Positions 31,854-43,029 of a DNA stretch of 64,000 nt are shown one piece after another. Numbering within the stretch: the first letter of the stretch is position 1; every line of letters begins with the position of its first letter. This DNA is from an uncultured Nitrososphaerales archaeon. GTDB lineage: Archaea; Thermoproteota; Nitrososphaeria; Nitrososphaerales; Nitrososphaeraceae. The stretch lies in assembly GCA_963713605.1 (NCBI GenBank), contig CAVQMO010000010.1, positions 544,001-608,000 on the forward strand, in the 5' to 3' direction. The translations under genes were made by a program, and so were the position numbers. The notes below the pieces were generated by a model. That model was not told the DNA's origin and searched no databases. It saw only the letters and a list, made by a program, of their open reading frames with translations.

Positions 31854-32086
31854 GTCTGCATCTCATTTAATCTATAAGCAATAAGAGTACATCTTTTCTA
31901 GAACCGAGTTGCGTGAGTTTCCTAAAATGCGTATCGCACAAGAATTAGTTTGAATACCTAAGTATAATCCATTTCGGATAAGAAGAACAATAGTAAAATG
32001 TCAACTTTATTAGATATCTCTGATTTCTAGAAAAAGTATGGATAAAAACCGTTGGAGCTTTTTTTCCGAGTGGAGCCTGTGATACT

Positions 32087-33017
32087 GTGGTGCCGTCTGA
32101 AAGTAAGCTAAATGACAATATGGATGCGGCTTTTTGCAATCAATGTCAAAGTTACACAGTCATTTTTGATATGGTATCGAATGAGTTTGTTTGTAGCTCC
32201 TGTGGATGTGTCGTTGCAGACGAGTTAATGAGTTCTGAGCACGCGGGAAGTTTTCCGTCTAGATCGGGCTACAGCGACCGAGCAAGGACGGGCATGCCTG
32301 AGTCTCTGGCAGTGCATCATAAAGGCTTATCGACTTTAATAGGGATAGGTGATACTGATGCACGAGGTAAAGCACTAGAACCTTCACAAAAGGTGAAGAT
32401 GCAAAGGCTAAGGACATGGAACAATAGATCTCAACTAAATGATTCCATTTCTAGAAATCTCGAAAAAGCTCTTAAATTCTTGAATAACTTTGGTGATAAA
32501 CTCTATTTAAGCCAAGCCGTTATCGAAAGTGCAGCTTACATATATAGAAAAGCAGCTGTGAAAAAGCTCGCAAAAGGAAGATCTACTCTTGGGCTTGTAG
32601 GGGCAGCACTCTACGCGAGCATGCCGAGAAACAGCTACGCCCAAGACTATATCGGATATTGCAACAGTTTGTAATCTTCCTACGAAGGACGTTATGACGC
32701 ATTACAAACTCATTTTAAAGGAATTATCGCTACAAGTCCCCGTTCTACATGGTCCTGATTATGTCACCCTTATTGCAAATAGACTAAGTCTCTCCGAAAG
32801 AACAAAGAGAGAAGCCTTGCGAATCTACTCAGACGTTCAGGAGAATCGGATATCCATTGGTAAGAATCCTAGAGCTCTTGCAGGGGCAGTTATTTATCTC
32901 GCTTCACAGAATTGCAATGAATTTCTACGTCAGGTTGAAATATGCCAAGTCGCCGATATTTCGACAGTGTCTCTTAGGAAGCGCTGCAAGGAAATTAAAG
33001 TCACCCTCGGTATTTAG
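32087..33017 (+). CDS. tfb: Transcription initiation factor IIB (frameshift near 32620)
   Basis: Zn ribbon CNQC/CSSC, ARTG, HHKGLST, two cyclin repeats (KGRS; GKNP). Confidence 0.92.
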
Positions 33018-33026
33018 CGATTTAAC

Positions 33027-33980
33027 TCATACGTATTTCATATGTGGCCGGAGATCATACCCATTTTTTAAATGAATCATTTCGTCAAAAACAATGTCCA
33101 AATAGGCTGCCTTTGACATCGGATATGACTCTTTGCAGGTGAAAATTGTAAAGACTAGCCCTTGATGATCGATTTTGTAACCTTCACAAGGTTCATGTCC
33201 TCTCAAGATCACTTTAGCGTCAAGTCTTTTCAACCACGTATTGCTTACCGACCGACCAAAATGCTTACCAATTCCTCTTCTCGACCGTTCAAATTCCCCG
33301 TTATCCATGATGGAATCTCGTGGATCATTCCAGAGTATCTCTTCCATTGTTTCGCTAGTCATATGTTCGGCCTGAGCGTTAGACAAAGTCTTTATTGCTT
33401 CTGGGCCATTGTGGGGAAGATGGGCTGGTAAACCACCATGCACAATAACAAAACAATTTTTGATCACTACAGATAAGTAAAGTGCATGAAAAAAGGGCAA
33501 AATCTTATGATAATACAAAGCCATCGATTGGTCTTGCCCGAATAAATCCATAATTCTATATGGGAAATCATGAGAAGGAAATGGGAATTCGTCTGGTGCT
33601 TCATGATTTCCACGCATTAGGATTACCGACTGGGGAAATCTGGCTTGAAGAAAACATACAGTATATAAGACTTCTGGAGATCTTCGACCTCTATCAATGT
33701 AATCGCCCAAGAAAACGAGCTTGTTATGTTCGTCTGATAAGTATCGCTCGTAGTCAATCTTGGTCAAGATAGAATTTAGGGCACCATAATCACCATGGAT
33801 GTCGCCAATCACAACTAACCTTTCAGGGATCTCTAATTTGACCAACGATCCAAGTACTCTGCCTCCTGAAATTTGTCCACTTTCATTTTGATTTTTCAGA
33901 ACCCTGATGCTGGCATCCAGTACGTTACAGAAATCTGTTAGAGGGAGATCCTCATTTAGTTCTTCTAGACCTCTTACCAA
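33027..33980 (-). CDS. PPP-family Ser/Thr protein phosphatase
   Basis: GDIHG, GDYIDRG, RGNHE, HGG, LWNDP, RGHE. Confidence 0.93.
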   Translation of the reverse strand: MVRGLEELNEDLPLTDFCNVLDASIRVLKNQNESGQISGGRVLGSLVKLEIPERLVVIGDIHGDYGALNSILTKIDYERYLSDEHNKLVFLGDYIDRGRRSPEVLYTVCFLQARFPQSVILMRGNHEAPDEFPFPSHDFPYRIMDLFGQDQSMALYYHKILPFFHALYLSVVIKNCFVIVHGGLPAHLPHNGPEAIKTLSNAQAEHMTSETMEEILWNDPRDSIMDNGEFERSRRGIGKHFGRSVSNTWLKRLDAKVILRGHEPCEGYKIDHQGLVFTIFTCKESYPMSKAAYLDIVFDEMIHLKNGYDLRPHMKYV

Positions 33981-34361
33981 TTAGCGTATTGAAGCGTCTG
34001 GCCAGCTGACCAATAAATATATTGCTGGGAAGACTAGCAATAAATTTGAAAGTAAAGCTAACCGTCGGAATTCAAACTTTTGACTTACGATTAAATTGGC
34101 TTATGTTCCTAATTTACAATTGTTTTTAGTGACTGGACAAGAAAAGCAGAAGGCACCATCCCAACCCCTAGGCCCCGCATAACCTCCTCAATTTTCATTT
34201 CAGTTCCCGGCCATTAGGCTTACTCGTTAATACATTGAAAAGAATAAAAAGCTCATGAGAACGACAACACAATTAACGTAACAACAGGAGAGTTGCTCAA
34301 AATGAATGTTAACAACACATTACACTACTGCAGCTAGCAGATGTGCCGTTCAAAATGACTT

Positions 34362-35835
34362 CTAAACCAAAACTTGAAGATTTACACGTGGAATTCCATC
34401 TATCTTGTATGGAGTCAGTCCAAAAATAGGTCCTACCGGTGAAACAGGCCTTAAGAACAAGGTACCGTTAATTAGATTGACCTCTAGTTTCAGATATGCA
34501 TGAGCTTCTACAGGAGGATAGACCGCTTCTCCAATAGTCCCAACAAAAAACGAAAGATCTGTCTTCTCACTAAGAAACGAAAGCACGCTTGTCTGATTTT
34601 GCCTGAGTTCGCCTTCAAGCGATTTCAAATGTTCACAATTGAAGATACTTAACATCAAGGATTCCGGATAATTCTTTCGTGCCATTTCCACACTCCTCTC
34701 AATCATGGCAAATTGAGAGTTATTTAGTTGAGAATTCTGAGTAGGATCGATATGCTGCTTGAAATCTGAGTCTTCGAAGTCAGACCATAATCCTGTGAAA
34801 ATGTTATTGTTAGGGAAAAATCCCAAATAGGATCTTAGAATCGCCATGATCGTCTGTGGATCGGCTTGGCCAATGGGTTGGAGAAGGACTGGATTATTTC
34901 GTTTTATGAAATTAGATATTATTTTTGCAAGAAAAGTTGTTATCGCAACTATATGGATACTGGGATCAAATCTGAAGATTACAATTCCCTTTCTGGGGAA
35001 TCCACCTTCCAATACTGCGTCCAACTCGGGATATCCTGTCCGAATCCGTCCAACCCCTCTAACGGAGTAAGGCTTCAATGGATGATCCTTTCGCCTAGGT
35101 GAGCTCATTTTGTGAAACCATCTTGTTAAGAACATATTCAGAAGGTTTGTAATTTTGAAAACTGGCAAAGATACTATTATTTAGTGAAAAATTATAAATC
35201 TGGTTTAGAATTCTCACTCCTCTTAACTTAATCATTTTTATTTGTCGCAATCTGTATGTATCGTGCACATTTTGATCCAATTCCACGATGCCGTCAACTA
35301 AAAAGTCAAGTGTACTATACGAAGTATCCTCACTAATGAAGATTAGCTTAGCGCCTGCCCTCTCACGCCATGTTTGTAGGACTCGTTCATTGTTTAACCT
35401 GGCCTCCTTATCCATAAATGAAGCTATAGCATCCCAACTATCGATAATTATAATTGGAGCCTTGACATCCATCAACTCGTTAGTTATGCGCTCAAACAAC
35501 GATTCAGGTTCATCAAGGCGTGCATCTTCGAACATAGACATCTTGTATATCTGTTCTTCATTGTCCGAGGTGGGTTGAGGTTTTATTGTTTGAACAAAAT
35601 GTTCCAACCATGGATAGTAAGTGAAGAGCTGTCTAGGAGATACTCTAGTAGAAATATAGAAAAAATTGCTTGCTTGACCTAAGGTTTTGAGAATAGTCAA
35701 TGAAAGAGTCGTTTTGCCTGTACCAGCCTTTCCCTTAATAAGAAGAGCATAGGTATCGCGCCTAACAAAGCGCTCTAATTCATCAGGAATTCGGTCTGAT
35801 TTGGTGGCAGAACTATGTCTTGGAGGTTCATTCAT
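34362..35835 (-). CDS. KaiC/GvpD-like two-domain P-loop ATPase (frameshift near 35115)
   Basis: GKAGTGKT Walker A, IIIDS, KLRG; second domain begins RIRTGYPELDAVLEGGFP but lacks Walker A. Confidence 0.8.
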
Positions 35836-35968
35836 CGGCTACTAGGGGATAAGTAAGTCGTGCTACTACTAAAACCATTTCAGCTGCAACGGCCCCATTA
35901 TTTGTATTAATGTAGGTACCTTGAAAATTTTCCTTTTCAGATAAGCATGGCTTCGGAGTCACCTTTGG

Positions 35969-37036
35969 CTACCATGGATCCAATCCTCTTTGGAAGGAAA
36001 TCGCATCAATTAGACCTTCAGCATAGCCTACACTCAACACAGCTAATTCATTTTTTCCCTGATTTAGAAATTTCTCAGCATCTTGAACATAGCATTCTGC
36101 GTTGTCAAGCACGGCGCTAATTCCTTTGTATTGTGTTGAATCTATGGGCAGTCGTTTTCTTAGCTCATTCACTGTCTTCTTAACAGACGGAACATACTTT
36201 TCAACCATTCTCGTAGAGATTCTCGTAACATGCGAAGAGTTTTCAATTGGCTCATTTAATACTGAAGTCATATAGGAGATTGCTTCCATTTCTACGAAAT
36301 GAAGCCGTCCAGGCACTATTAGAGAGTGAGGGCCAATCCCATAATTTATTTCCAGAAGTGATCGAATTTGACCTGAAATTATCTTTTTATCAGTTCTTCC
36401 AATCCTCGACGCAACAGGTACAAAGGTCTCTTCAGTTAATGCTCGACTTCTTTGATCCTTTTCGACGTCCAATAACATCTTCATGGCAATATTAGGATCC
36501 AAAAAGAAAGGGGATATGTTTTCCTTTGTCTCGCTATATTCGGTCAATATAAGGGTATGATTTCCCAGCAATAAGTTATCCATCAGCGTGTTGTAAACAC
36601 TGATAGCTGACTGAGGTTCAGACATTATAGTTGAAGTCCTGCCAAACTTGTAAATTTGTAACCCGCTCTCGGCGATTAGAGATGTAATGCCGGACGCGGA
36701 ATGAATCACCTCCACCTTAATGCCTCTCTTTGTGGCTCGTATGAATAATTCAATGTAAGTAGTAGCGATTAGAGGGTCGCCATACACTATTAGAGCCACC
36801 TCATTGTTACCAGCTTGTTCAAGTATGTCACGGCCATCTTCTACGAATGATCTTCCCACAACGTTTACAACATTGTCATCATGCTTACAGTAGAGTGCCA
36901 ATTCACTTAGATCGATATCTGACAAATAACCTGTGAATCTCTCTATGTGGACGAGGTTGCATGTTTTTAGGACTTCTCGCCCTTTCATATTCATCCCCCC
37001 AAGGCCTTCTATTCCGAGTCCGATTAACCATAACAT
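35969..37036 (-). CDS. dph5: Diphthine synthase with C-terminal DUF357-like domain
   Basis: LWLIGLG, GDPLIATT, GLQIYKFG, PHSLIVPG; C-terminal AVLSVGYAEGLIDA. Confidence 0.92.
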   Translation of the reverse strand: MLWLIGLGIEGLGGMNMKGREVLKTCNLVHIERFTGYLSDIDLSELALYCKHDDNVVNVVGRSFVEDGRDILEQAGNNEVALIVYGDPLIATTYIELFIRATKRGIKVEVIHSASGITSLIAESGLQIYKFGRTSTIMSEPQSAISVYNTLMDNLLLGNHTLILTEYSETKENISPFFLDPNIAMKMLLDVEKDQRSRALTEETFVPVASRIGRTDKKIISGQIRSLLEINYGIGPHSLIVPGRLHFVEMEAISYMTSVLNEPIENSSHVTRISTRMVEKYVPSVKKTVNELRKRLPIDSTQYKGISAVLDNAECYVQDAEKFLNQGKNELAVLSVGYAEGLIDAISFQRGLDPW

Positions 37037-37060
37037 TGTAGTCTATCCTTTCTCCACCAA

Positions 37061-38195
37061 TTATCTGGTTCCTAAATGCAAATCTTTCTTTAGGTGATGT
37101 ATCCTTGAGATGTGGAATAACGCCCTTGTATAAATTTCGATGCTTGATATGTATTCTTGAATCTTTATTCTTTCGTTGGTAGTATGGGAAGAATGAGGGT
37201 CGCCCGGTCCATACGTCACCGCAGGCATTTTAAGAGCGTTTCCCAAAATGTTCATATCTCCAGTTCCGGTCTTGCGAATTAGTAAAGGTCTTACATTGCA
37301 TATGTCCATGATCGATAAGGAAAGTCCCCGAACCAGCACCGACGTAAAATCAGCTTCAAAAGGTTCTGTCTTATCTTCAGTCCTGTATTTTATAACACTC
37401 CCGTTAGATTTGGATACTTTGTTTACTATAGAATCTACTCTTGCCAGAATTTCATCGCAAGTAGTTTTCACTGGTATCCTGATATCTATTGTTGCTTTGC
37501 ATCGCTGGGGAGTGACATTGTGACTAGATCCTCCTTCTATTTCGGTGATCGCGCAGGTCACCGAATCGGATCCACCTAATAGAGACTCTCTTCCGCATAA
37601 CTCAGCCCTTAATTCATTCCACAAAGCAGACATCTCTTCAATAGAGTTCCTTGCCAGCCAGGGTGCGCTAGCATGAGCACTGTTCATTACGTCGCATACA
37701 AGTCTTATTGCTAGCCTTCCTTTATATGCGATAGTGATCTTGTCAATACCGCTAGGCTCACCGAAAATTGCATAATTCACATCTAGGTTCTTTGAAACTA
37801 GATGCTTTATCCCCGTCGCATTTCCTTCTTCATCGACAACTGCAGCAAAGATAATCGTTCCGCGCTGTTTAGGAAACTCCGAAGCCGCAAGCAACATTGA
37901 GATTAGTGGAGCCTTTGCGTCAGAGGCTCCTCTACCGTAGATATATCCATCTTGTATTCTAACTGGAATACTTCCAGGAACAGTATCCATGTGACCACAA
38001 AGAAGGATCCTCGGTGCTCCATTGCCCTTGGTGGCGATCATGTTTCCGACACTGTCTATGTATGCCTCCTCAAATCCTAAGCTCATCAATGCATTTTTCC
38101 TTAAGGAAAATCGCAAGTGACGACTCCGACCTAGAGGGTGTATACTTTTCAAGAGAACCCTTTAGAAATTCTACTGCATAGCCGTATGACACCAA
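37061..38195 (-). CDS. lysK: LysW-lysine/ornithine hydrolase (M20); frameshift near 38080
   Basis: GHMDTV, GRGASDAK, DEE, GEP, GTGDMN, YGPGD; N-terminus MVSYGYAVEFLK...YTPS in an alternative frame from TTG at 38195. Confidence 0.9.
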
Positions 38196-38197
38196 TT

Positions 38198-39088
38198 CTA
38201 TCTATTTCTTGGTCCTGTTGAGTATTCAACAGCAAGCGTGGGGATATCAACGCCAGTTACACGTACTGTATTCTTGAATTCTGTGGTGCTATTAACTTCA
38301 TGTACCAATAATCCAACCTCGTCGCTCTCCATTAGATCCACTCCAACAATTTCTCCTCCAACTGCATCTGATGCCTTTAGGCATAGGTCTTCTAATTCAT
38401 TGGTAACTGCGCATGGTTCAGCCCTGCCTCCAAGAGCCATGTTTGTTTTCCATTCTTCATGTCCAGAATATCGATAGATAGCCGCTGCGACTTGGGTGCC
38501 AATTACTATCGCTCGGATATCTCTAGGTGGCCGTTTCACAAACTCTTCAAAAAAATAAATGCGGTATAATGGAAACATGTACTCTCTGCTTTCAATAACG
38601 GCTTCTGCAGCGTTCCTGTCACGTAGTAATCCAATCAATCTTCCCCAACTTCCGACAGTAGGTTTTATGACAACAGGATATCCTATTTTCTCTATAGCTG
38701 ACAAAGCAGACTCAGCTGAGAAAGCTGTAATAGCCTTAGGTGTTTTGACACCGTTCTTCCTCAAAGTGACGTGTGCAAATAGTTTGTTGCCACAAATGTT
38801 TGATGTTTCAAATGAATTTATGACTCTATACCCTAGGCCTTCCAGCATTGATGTGGAATGGATACTCCTGAAATAGCTAACACAGCGCTGGATAATAGTA
38901 CCGTTCGATAAGATATCATCATCTCTTCTGCCTTCTAGTTCTAGAGATAAAGCTTTACAATCTAACATCGTGACGTTCGTACCCCTTTTCTTTGCTGCTT
39001 CGAATAGAGCCTTTTCTTCCCATCTAATGTTGTCGTAAAGAATTGTGAGAGAAGGTGTAGGCGTAGAATTAATTTTCTCTTTGTTCAC
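38198..39088 (-). CDS. lysX: LysW ligase (ATP-grasp, RimK family)
   Basis: RWEEK, QRCVS, KPTVGSWGRL, WKTNMALG, HEVN. Confidence 0.93.
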   Translation of the reverse strand: MNKEKINSTPTPSLTILYDNIRWEEKALFEAAKKRGTNVTMLDCKALSLELEGRRDDDILSNGTIIQRCVSYFRSIHSTSMLEGLGYRVINSFETSNICGNKLFAHVTLRKNGVKTPKAITAFSAESALSAIEKIGYPVVIKPTVGSWGRLIGLLRDRNAAEAVIESREYMFPLYRIYFFEEFVKRPPRDIRAIVIGTQVAAAIYRYSGHEEWKTNMALGGRAEPCAVTNELEDLCLKASDAVGGEIVGVDLMESDEVGLLVHEVNSTTEFKNTVRVTGVDIPTLAVEYSTGPRNR

Positions 39089-39252
39089 TGACCCCAGTCC
39101 TCACCGACAACTTGGGCCGGCTTGATGTCAAACCCTTCCTCACGTTTTACCAGTTCGTAACTTGCACCACAGTCTGCACAAGTCACTATCTCTCCTTGCA
39201 TCGAATCTTCTGGTATCTTTACTTCAGCATCACATTCTGGACATTTTACCAA
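39085..39252 (-). CDS. lysW: Amino-group carrier protein LysW (55 aa, ends EDWGQ)
   Basis: Not in the ORF track; MVKCPECDAEVKIPEDSMQGEIVTCADCGASYELVKREEGFDIKPAQVVGEDWGQ*; stop overlaps lysX GTG. Confidence 0.95.
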   Translation of the reverse strand: MVKCPECDAEVKIPEDSMQGEIVTCADCGASYELVKREEGFDIKPAQVVGEDWGQ

Positions 39253-40476
39253 TTTTCTTTTCTTTCCTCAGTCTTAACTTTTGCAACAGCATCATTAAGT
39301 ATCTTTCTCTCCAGCCTGTCGTCTAAGTATAACTCGAGTACATCTCCCATTCTAAGTTCCTTTAGACCTAGAGGCTAGTGTTTCAGCTTCTCCCCTGTCT
39401 GTATTCAATCCCAAGAGTGACAGCAAGTAGCCGGCACCATTCTTCCCTGCCAATTCCCCAAAAACTATCTTACGTCTATTTCCAACTAATTTGGGCTCGA
39501 TTATCTCATAGGCAGAAGGGTTTCTTAGGATTGCGGCAAGATGTGTTCCAGCTTTATGTTTGTATGCGCTGTCGCCGACGATAGGTTTCGATTCAGGTGT
39601 TTCCAGATGTGTATATTGGGATATCGTTCTGGAAAGGTCTTTTAACATGTGAAGTCTCAAGTCAGTTCTGCATTCATATATGAAAGTTAATGCTACTGCA
39701 GTTTCAGCCAACGATGGGATACCAGTTCTCTCCCCAAATCCGTCAATAGTAGTATGAATTTGATCAGCCCCTGCGTCACACCCAGACAATGCATTAGCCA
39801 GAGCTAGTCCGACATCATTGTGACAATGAACGTCAAGAGAAGTCTTGGTTGCATCTATATGATCAAGAATCAATGTTACCATTTTGTGCATCCCTACCGG
39901 CCTCATTATGCCTACGGTGTCAGGCAGGCTTATCCTTTCAATTCCTCTCTTATTCATCTCGACACACATTTCCACCAAAAAGTCTGGGTCAGTTCTACTT
40001 GCATCCTCCATTGTGAACCGCGATTTCAGACCATGCGATTTAATGTAATCTGCAACTTCTAAAGCTCGAACCTTGGCTTCCTCTCTTGAAATTTTTAACT
40101 TGGAAGCAAGGTGAATGTCTGAAATACCTAAATAAGTGGCTACCCACGTCGCACCAGAATCTATTGCACGATCTACATCAGATTTAATCGCACGGACATG
40201 GGCTAGGATGTCTGCCTTAAGTCCTTGTCTGATAATGGTCCTGGTAGCCTCGAAGTGATCGTTGGAAACAATTGGGCTTATCTCTATCTGATCAACGCCA
40301 AAAGAATCAAGCATCCATGCAATCTGTATTCTCTGTTTTATTGTGAAGGATACACCGGGATGCTGTTCACCTTCTCTTAGGGTTGAATCTAGAATTCGAA
40401 TTCTTCGCTTTCCAAGCTTTTTAGATTCATTATAAAGATTCGCGAAATGATTTGGATCCTCTGATTTTAGCGACAA
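39230..40476 (-). CDS. Homocitrate synthase (LeuA/DRE-TIM family); frameshift near 39370
   Basis: DSTLREGEQ, LPDTVG, HCHND, GERTG, HKAG; lys cluster context. Confidence 0.88.
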
Positions 40477-40629
40477 CTAATAACAATAAGTTCATCTTTC
40501 GCACATGTTATAAACCTTTTCGCAACTGAATCGACTAATTACGTTGGAAACAATGACAATTCTCGATAACCTATCACTGAAAATTGACTATAACCGCAAA
40601 AGAAATAATACTTGATATCGATTTCAGGT

Positions 40630-41056
40630 TCACCTAATTGTCTTTAAAATAATCACTGTGTTCGTATCAGATACTCCTTCAGTTTTTCGAACTTCGTCGA
40701 TACACTTGTTAATCTCAGATATAGATGGTGCGGAAATAACAGCGGCTATGTCTGTACTGTCCTGTGATTTCATAAATGACTTCTACGCCTGCTAGACCCA
40801 TCAGTTTTCCAGAAACAAATGAGGTATCCGAAGTTGAACTGACAGAAATCAATGTGATGGCACTTGTTTTATCGCCACTATTTATTTCAACAGTAAATTT
40901 CTTGATGATTTCCCGTCTGGTTAAGTTCTTGACCCGTCTCCTAACCGCAGATTCTGATAAGCCTATTTCATCTGCTATTTCGACAAAGGCTTTTCTAGAA
41001 TCCGACTGAAGGATCTTGATTATCTTGGCATCCGTAGGATCGATGGACTCAAACAG
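40630..41056 (-). CDS. lysM: Lrp/AsnC regulator LysM (frameshift near 40753)
   Basis: Not in the ORF track; FESIDPTDAKIIKILQSDSRKAFVEIADEIGLSESAVRRRVKNL...YEITGQYD...TNTVIILK. Confidence 0.9.
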
Positions 41057-42227
41057 ATCTTTTTACTTCCTCCAATGATAACAACCTATCCAGGGTTGTA
41101 ACGAATTTCAAGACCAATTCTCTATCAATTAACAAAGGCGGTAGCAGTCTGATAATATTTCGGCCCGAATACAACATTAAGATACCATTTGAAATGCCGT
41201 CCATAAGTATATTTCTCACATCAAATCGCAGTTCTAGTGCCAGCATCAACCCTAATCCCCTTACTTCTCTTACTATTTTGTGTTTTTCTTTAAGCTTAAC
41301 CAACAAATCCTTGAAATAGCGTCCAGTTTCCGCCGAGTTGTCGATCAATCCGTCAAGAACCAGGGCGTCTATAGACGCACTCGCAGCAGCACAAGCTAGT
41401 GGATTACCTGCAAAAGTAGAAGAATGTTCACCAATTTTCATACTCTCAATAATTTCGGTTTTTGTTATAGTCAATCCCATAGGAAACCCTCCTGCTATAC
41501 CTTTTGCGACGCAGACGACGTCAGGAATGGTATTCCAATTCTCAGCCGCCCACATCTTTCCGGTTCTACCAAATCCGGATTGTATCTCATCGAAAATCAG
41601 AACGAGAGAATGCCTCGAACAAATCTCCCGAACTTCTTGAATAAACCCTGGTGGTGGCATTATGATTCCGCTTTCGCCTTGAACCGGTTCCAAAATAACA
41701 GTTCCAGTCTTATCGTCTATCGAGTCTACTAGTTTGCGACTATTTCCGTAAGGGACAAAACTAATGTGGTCCAATAATGGCTCAAAAGGCCTCCTATATT
41801 TTTCGCTAGAGGTTATGGATAGAGCGCCTAGAGTTTTTCCATGGTAGCCTCCATTCATTGAAATTATGCCAGGTTTGCCACTAAATTTTCGTGAAAACTT
41901 GAGCGCTGTTTCCACCGCCTCTGCGCCGGAATTTGAGAAAAAAACCTTGTCTAGCCCAGTAGGGACTACTTTTGATAGTTTCTTAAGCATAATTGACCTG
42001 GCAGTATTATAAGTTGACATGTGGCACACCATCAGCTTTTCTACCTGATCTTTGATAGCAGCGACAACCCTGTCATTGCAATGCCCCACCAAGGCTACTC
42101 CATACCCTGCCATACAATCAATATACTCCCTTCCTGCATCATCCCATACCTTCGCACCCTTTCCACGGTCGATGACAATAGGAAAACGTTGGTACAGGTG
42201 GCCCACGAAGTCATCCTCACTATACAT
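41049..42227 (-). CDS. lysJ: LysW-aminoadipate semialdehyde/glutamate semialdehyde aminotransferase
   Basis: Class III PLP motifs NSGAEA, EPVQGE, DEIQSGFGRTG, AKG. Confidence 0.93.
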   Translation of the reverse strand: MYSEDDFVGHLYQRFPIVIDRGKGAKVWDDAGREYIDCMAGYGVALVGHCNDRVVAAIKDQVEKLMVCHMSTYNTARSIMLKKLSKVVPTGLDKVFFSNSGAEAVETALKFSRKFSGKPGIISMNGGYHGKTLGALSITSSEKYRRPFEPLLDHISFVPYGNSRKLVDSIDDKTGTVILEPVQGESGIIMPPPGFIQEVREICSRHSLVLIFDEIQSGFGRTGKMWAAENWNTIPDVVCVAKGIAGGFPMGLTITKTEIIESMKIGEHSSTFAGNPLACAAASASIDALVLDGLIDNSAETGRYFKDLLVKLKEKHKIVREVRGLGLMLALELRFDVRNILMDGISNGILMLYSGRNIIRLLPPLLIDRELVLKFVTTLDRLLSLEEVKRSV

Positions 42228-43029
42228 GCGCTGTGATCACCGTACAATTTTCATGATTCAATAATTTGGATATGGGATTTTCTCTTGAACCATTGCCGAC
42301 TATGGCCTCTCCGACGCCTAGCTCCAAAGCCTCTATGCACGCTAAAATTTTCTTTTCCATTCCAAAACCGATCTTGGGGTGCATCATTTTCGCTTCACCT
42401 AGAGTCAGGTTTTCAATCAGTCTCCCATCAATTAGTAGACCTGCTACATCAGTGAGAAATATAACTTTGTCTGCCCGCATATTCCCTGCTATGTGAGCAG
42501 CCGCTCTGTCCCCGTCAACATTAAGATATTCAAATTCATCTCCTAATGCAATTGGTGAGATTACGGGTACAAAATCCTTGTCAAGTAGGACATCAATAAG
42601 AGAATTGTTTACGTGGCTGATTTTACCAGTATAACCTCCATCGATAGACATTTTCCTACCTTTGTCATTTAGGATCAAGAGTTTCTTCTTACGCTCGGCT
42701 CTTAGAAGGCAACCATCTACCCCTGCAATGCCGACTGCATTTATGCCCTGTTTAAGCAACTTTGTCACAATGGATTTGTTCACTTGGCCCGACATGACCA
42801 TTGTATATACTTCCACTGTGTCTCGATCCGTGTATCTACTCTTGATGCCTCCAGGGGACACTATGAATTGTTGCTTTACGCCTAGCTTGTTAGCAACACT
42901 TGTAACCTGTTTCCCTCCCCCGTGAACAATCACTATCTTTTCATTTTGCAATAATGTTGCGAGGTCATCAAAAATAGAAGCATGCATACTATCTGACACG
43001 ATACTACCGCCAATTTTAACTACTATCAT
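42220..43029 (-). CDS. lysZ: LysW-aminoadipate/glutamate kinase
   Basis: VKIGG, VHGGG, SRYT, NVDGDRAA. Confidence 0.93.
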   Translation of the reverse strand: MIVVKIGGSIVSDSMHASIFDDLATLLQNEKIVIVHGGGKQVTSVANKLGVKQQFIVSPGGIKSRYTDRDTVEVYTMVMSGQVNKSIVTKLLKQGINAVGIAGVDGCLLRAERKKKLLILNDKGRKMSIDGGYTGKISHVNNSLIDVLLDKDFVPVISPIALGDEFEYLNVDGDRAAAHIAGNMRADKVIFLTDVAGLLIDGRLIENLTLGEAKMMHPKIGFGMEKKILACIEALELGVGEAIVGNGSRENPISKLLNHENCTVITAHV

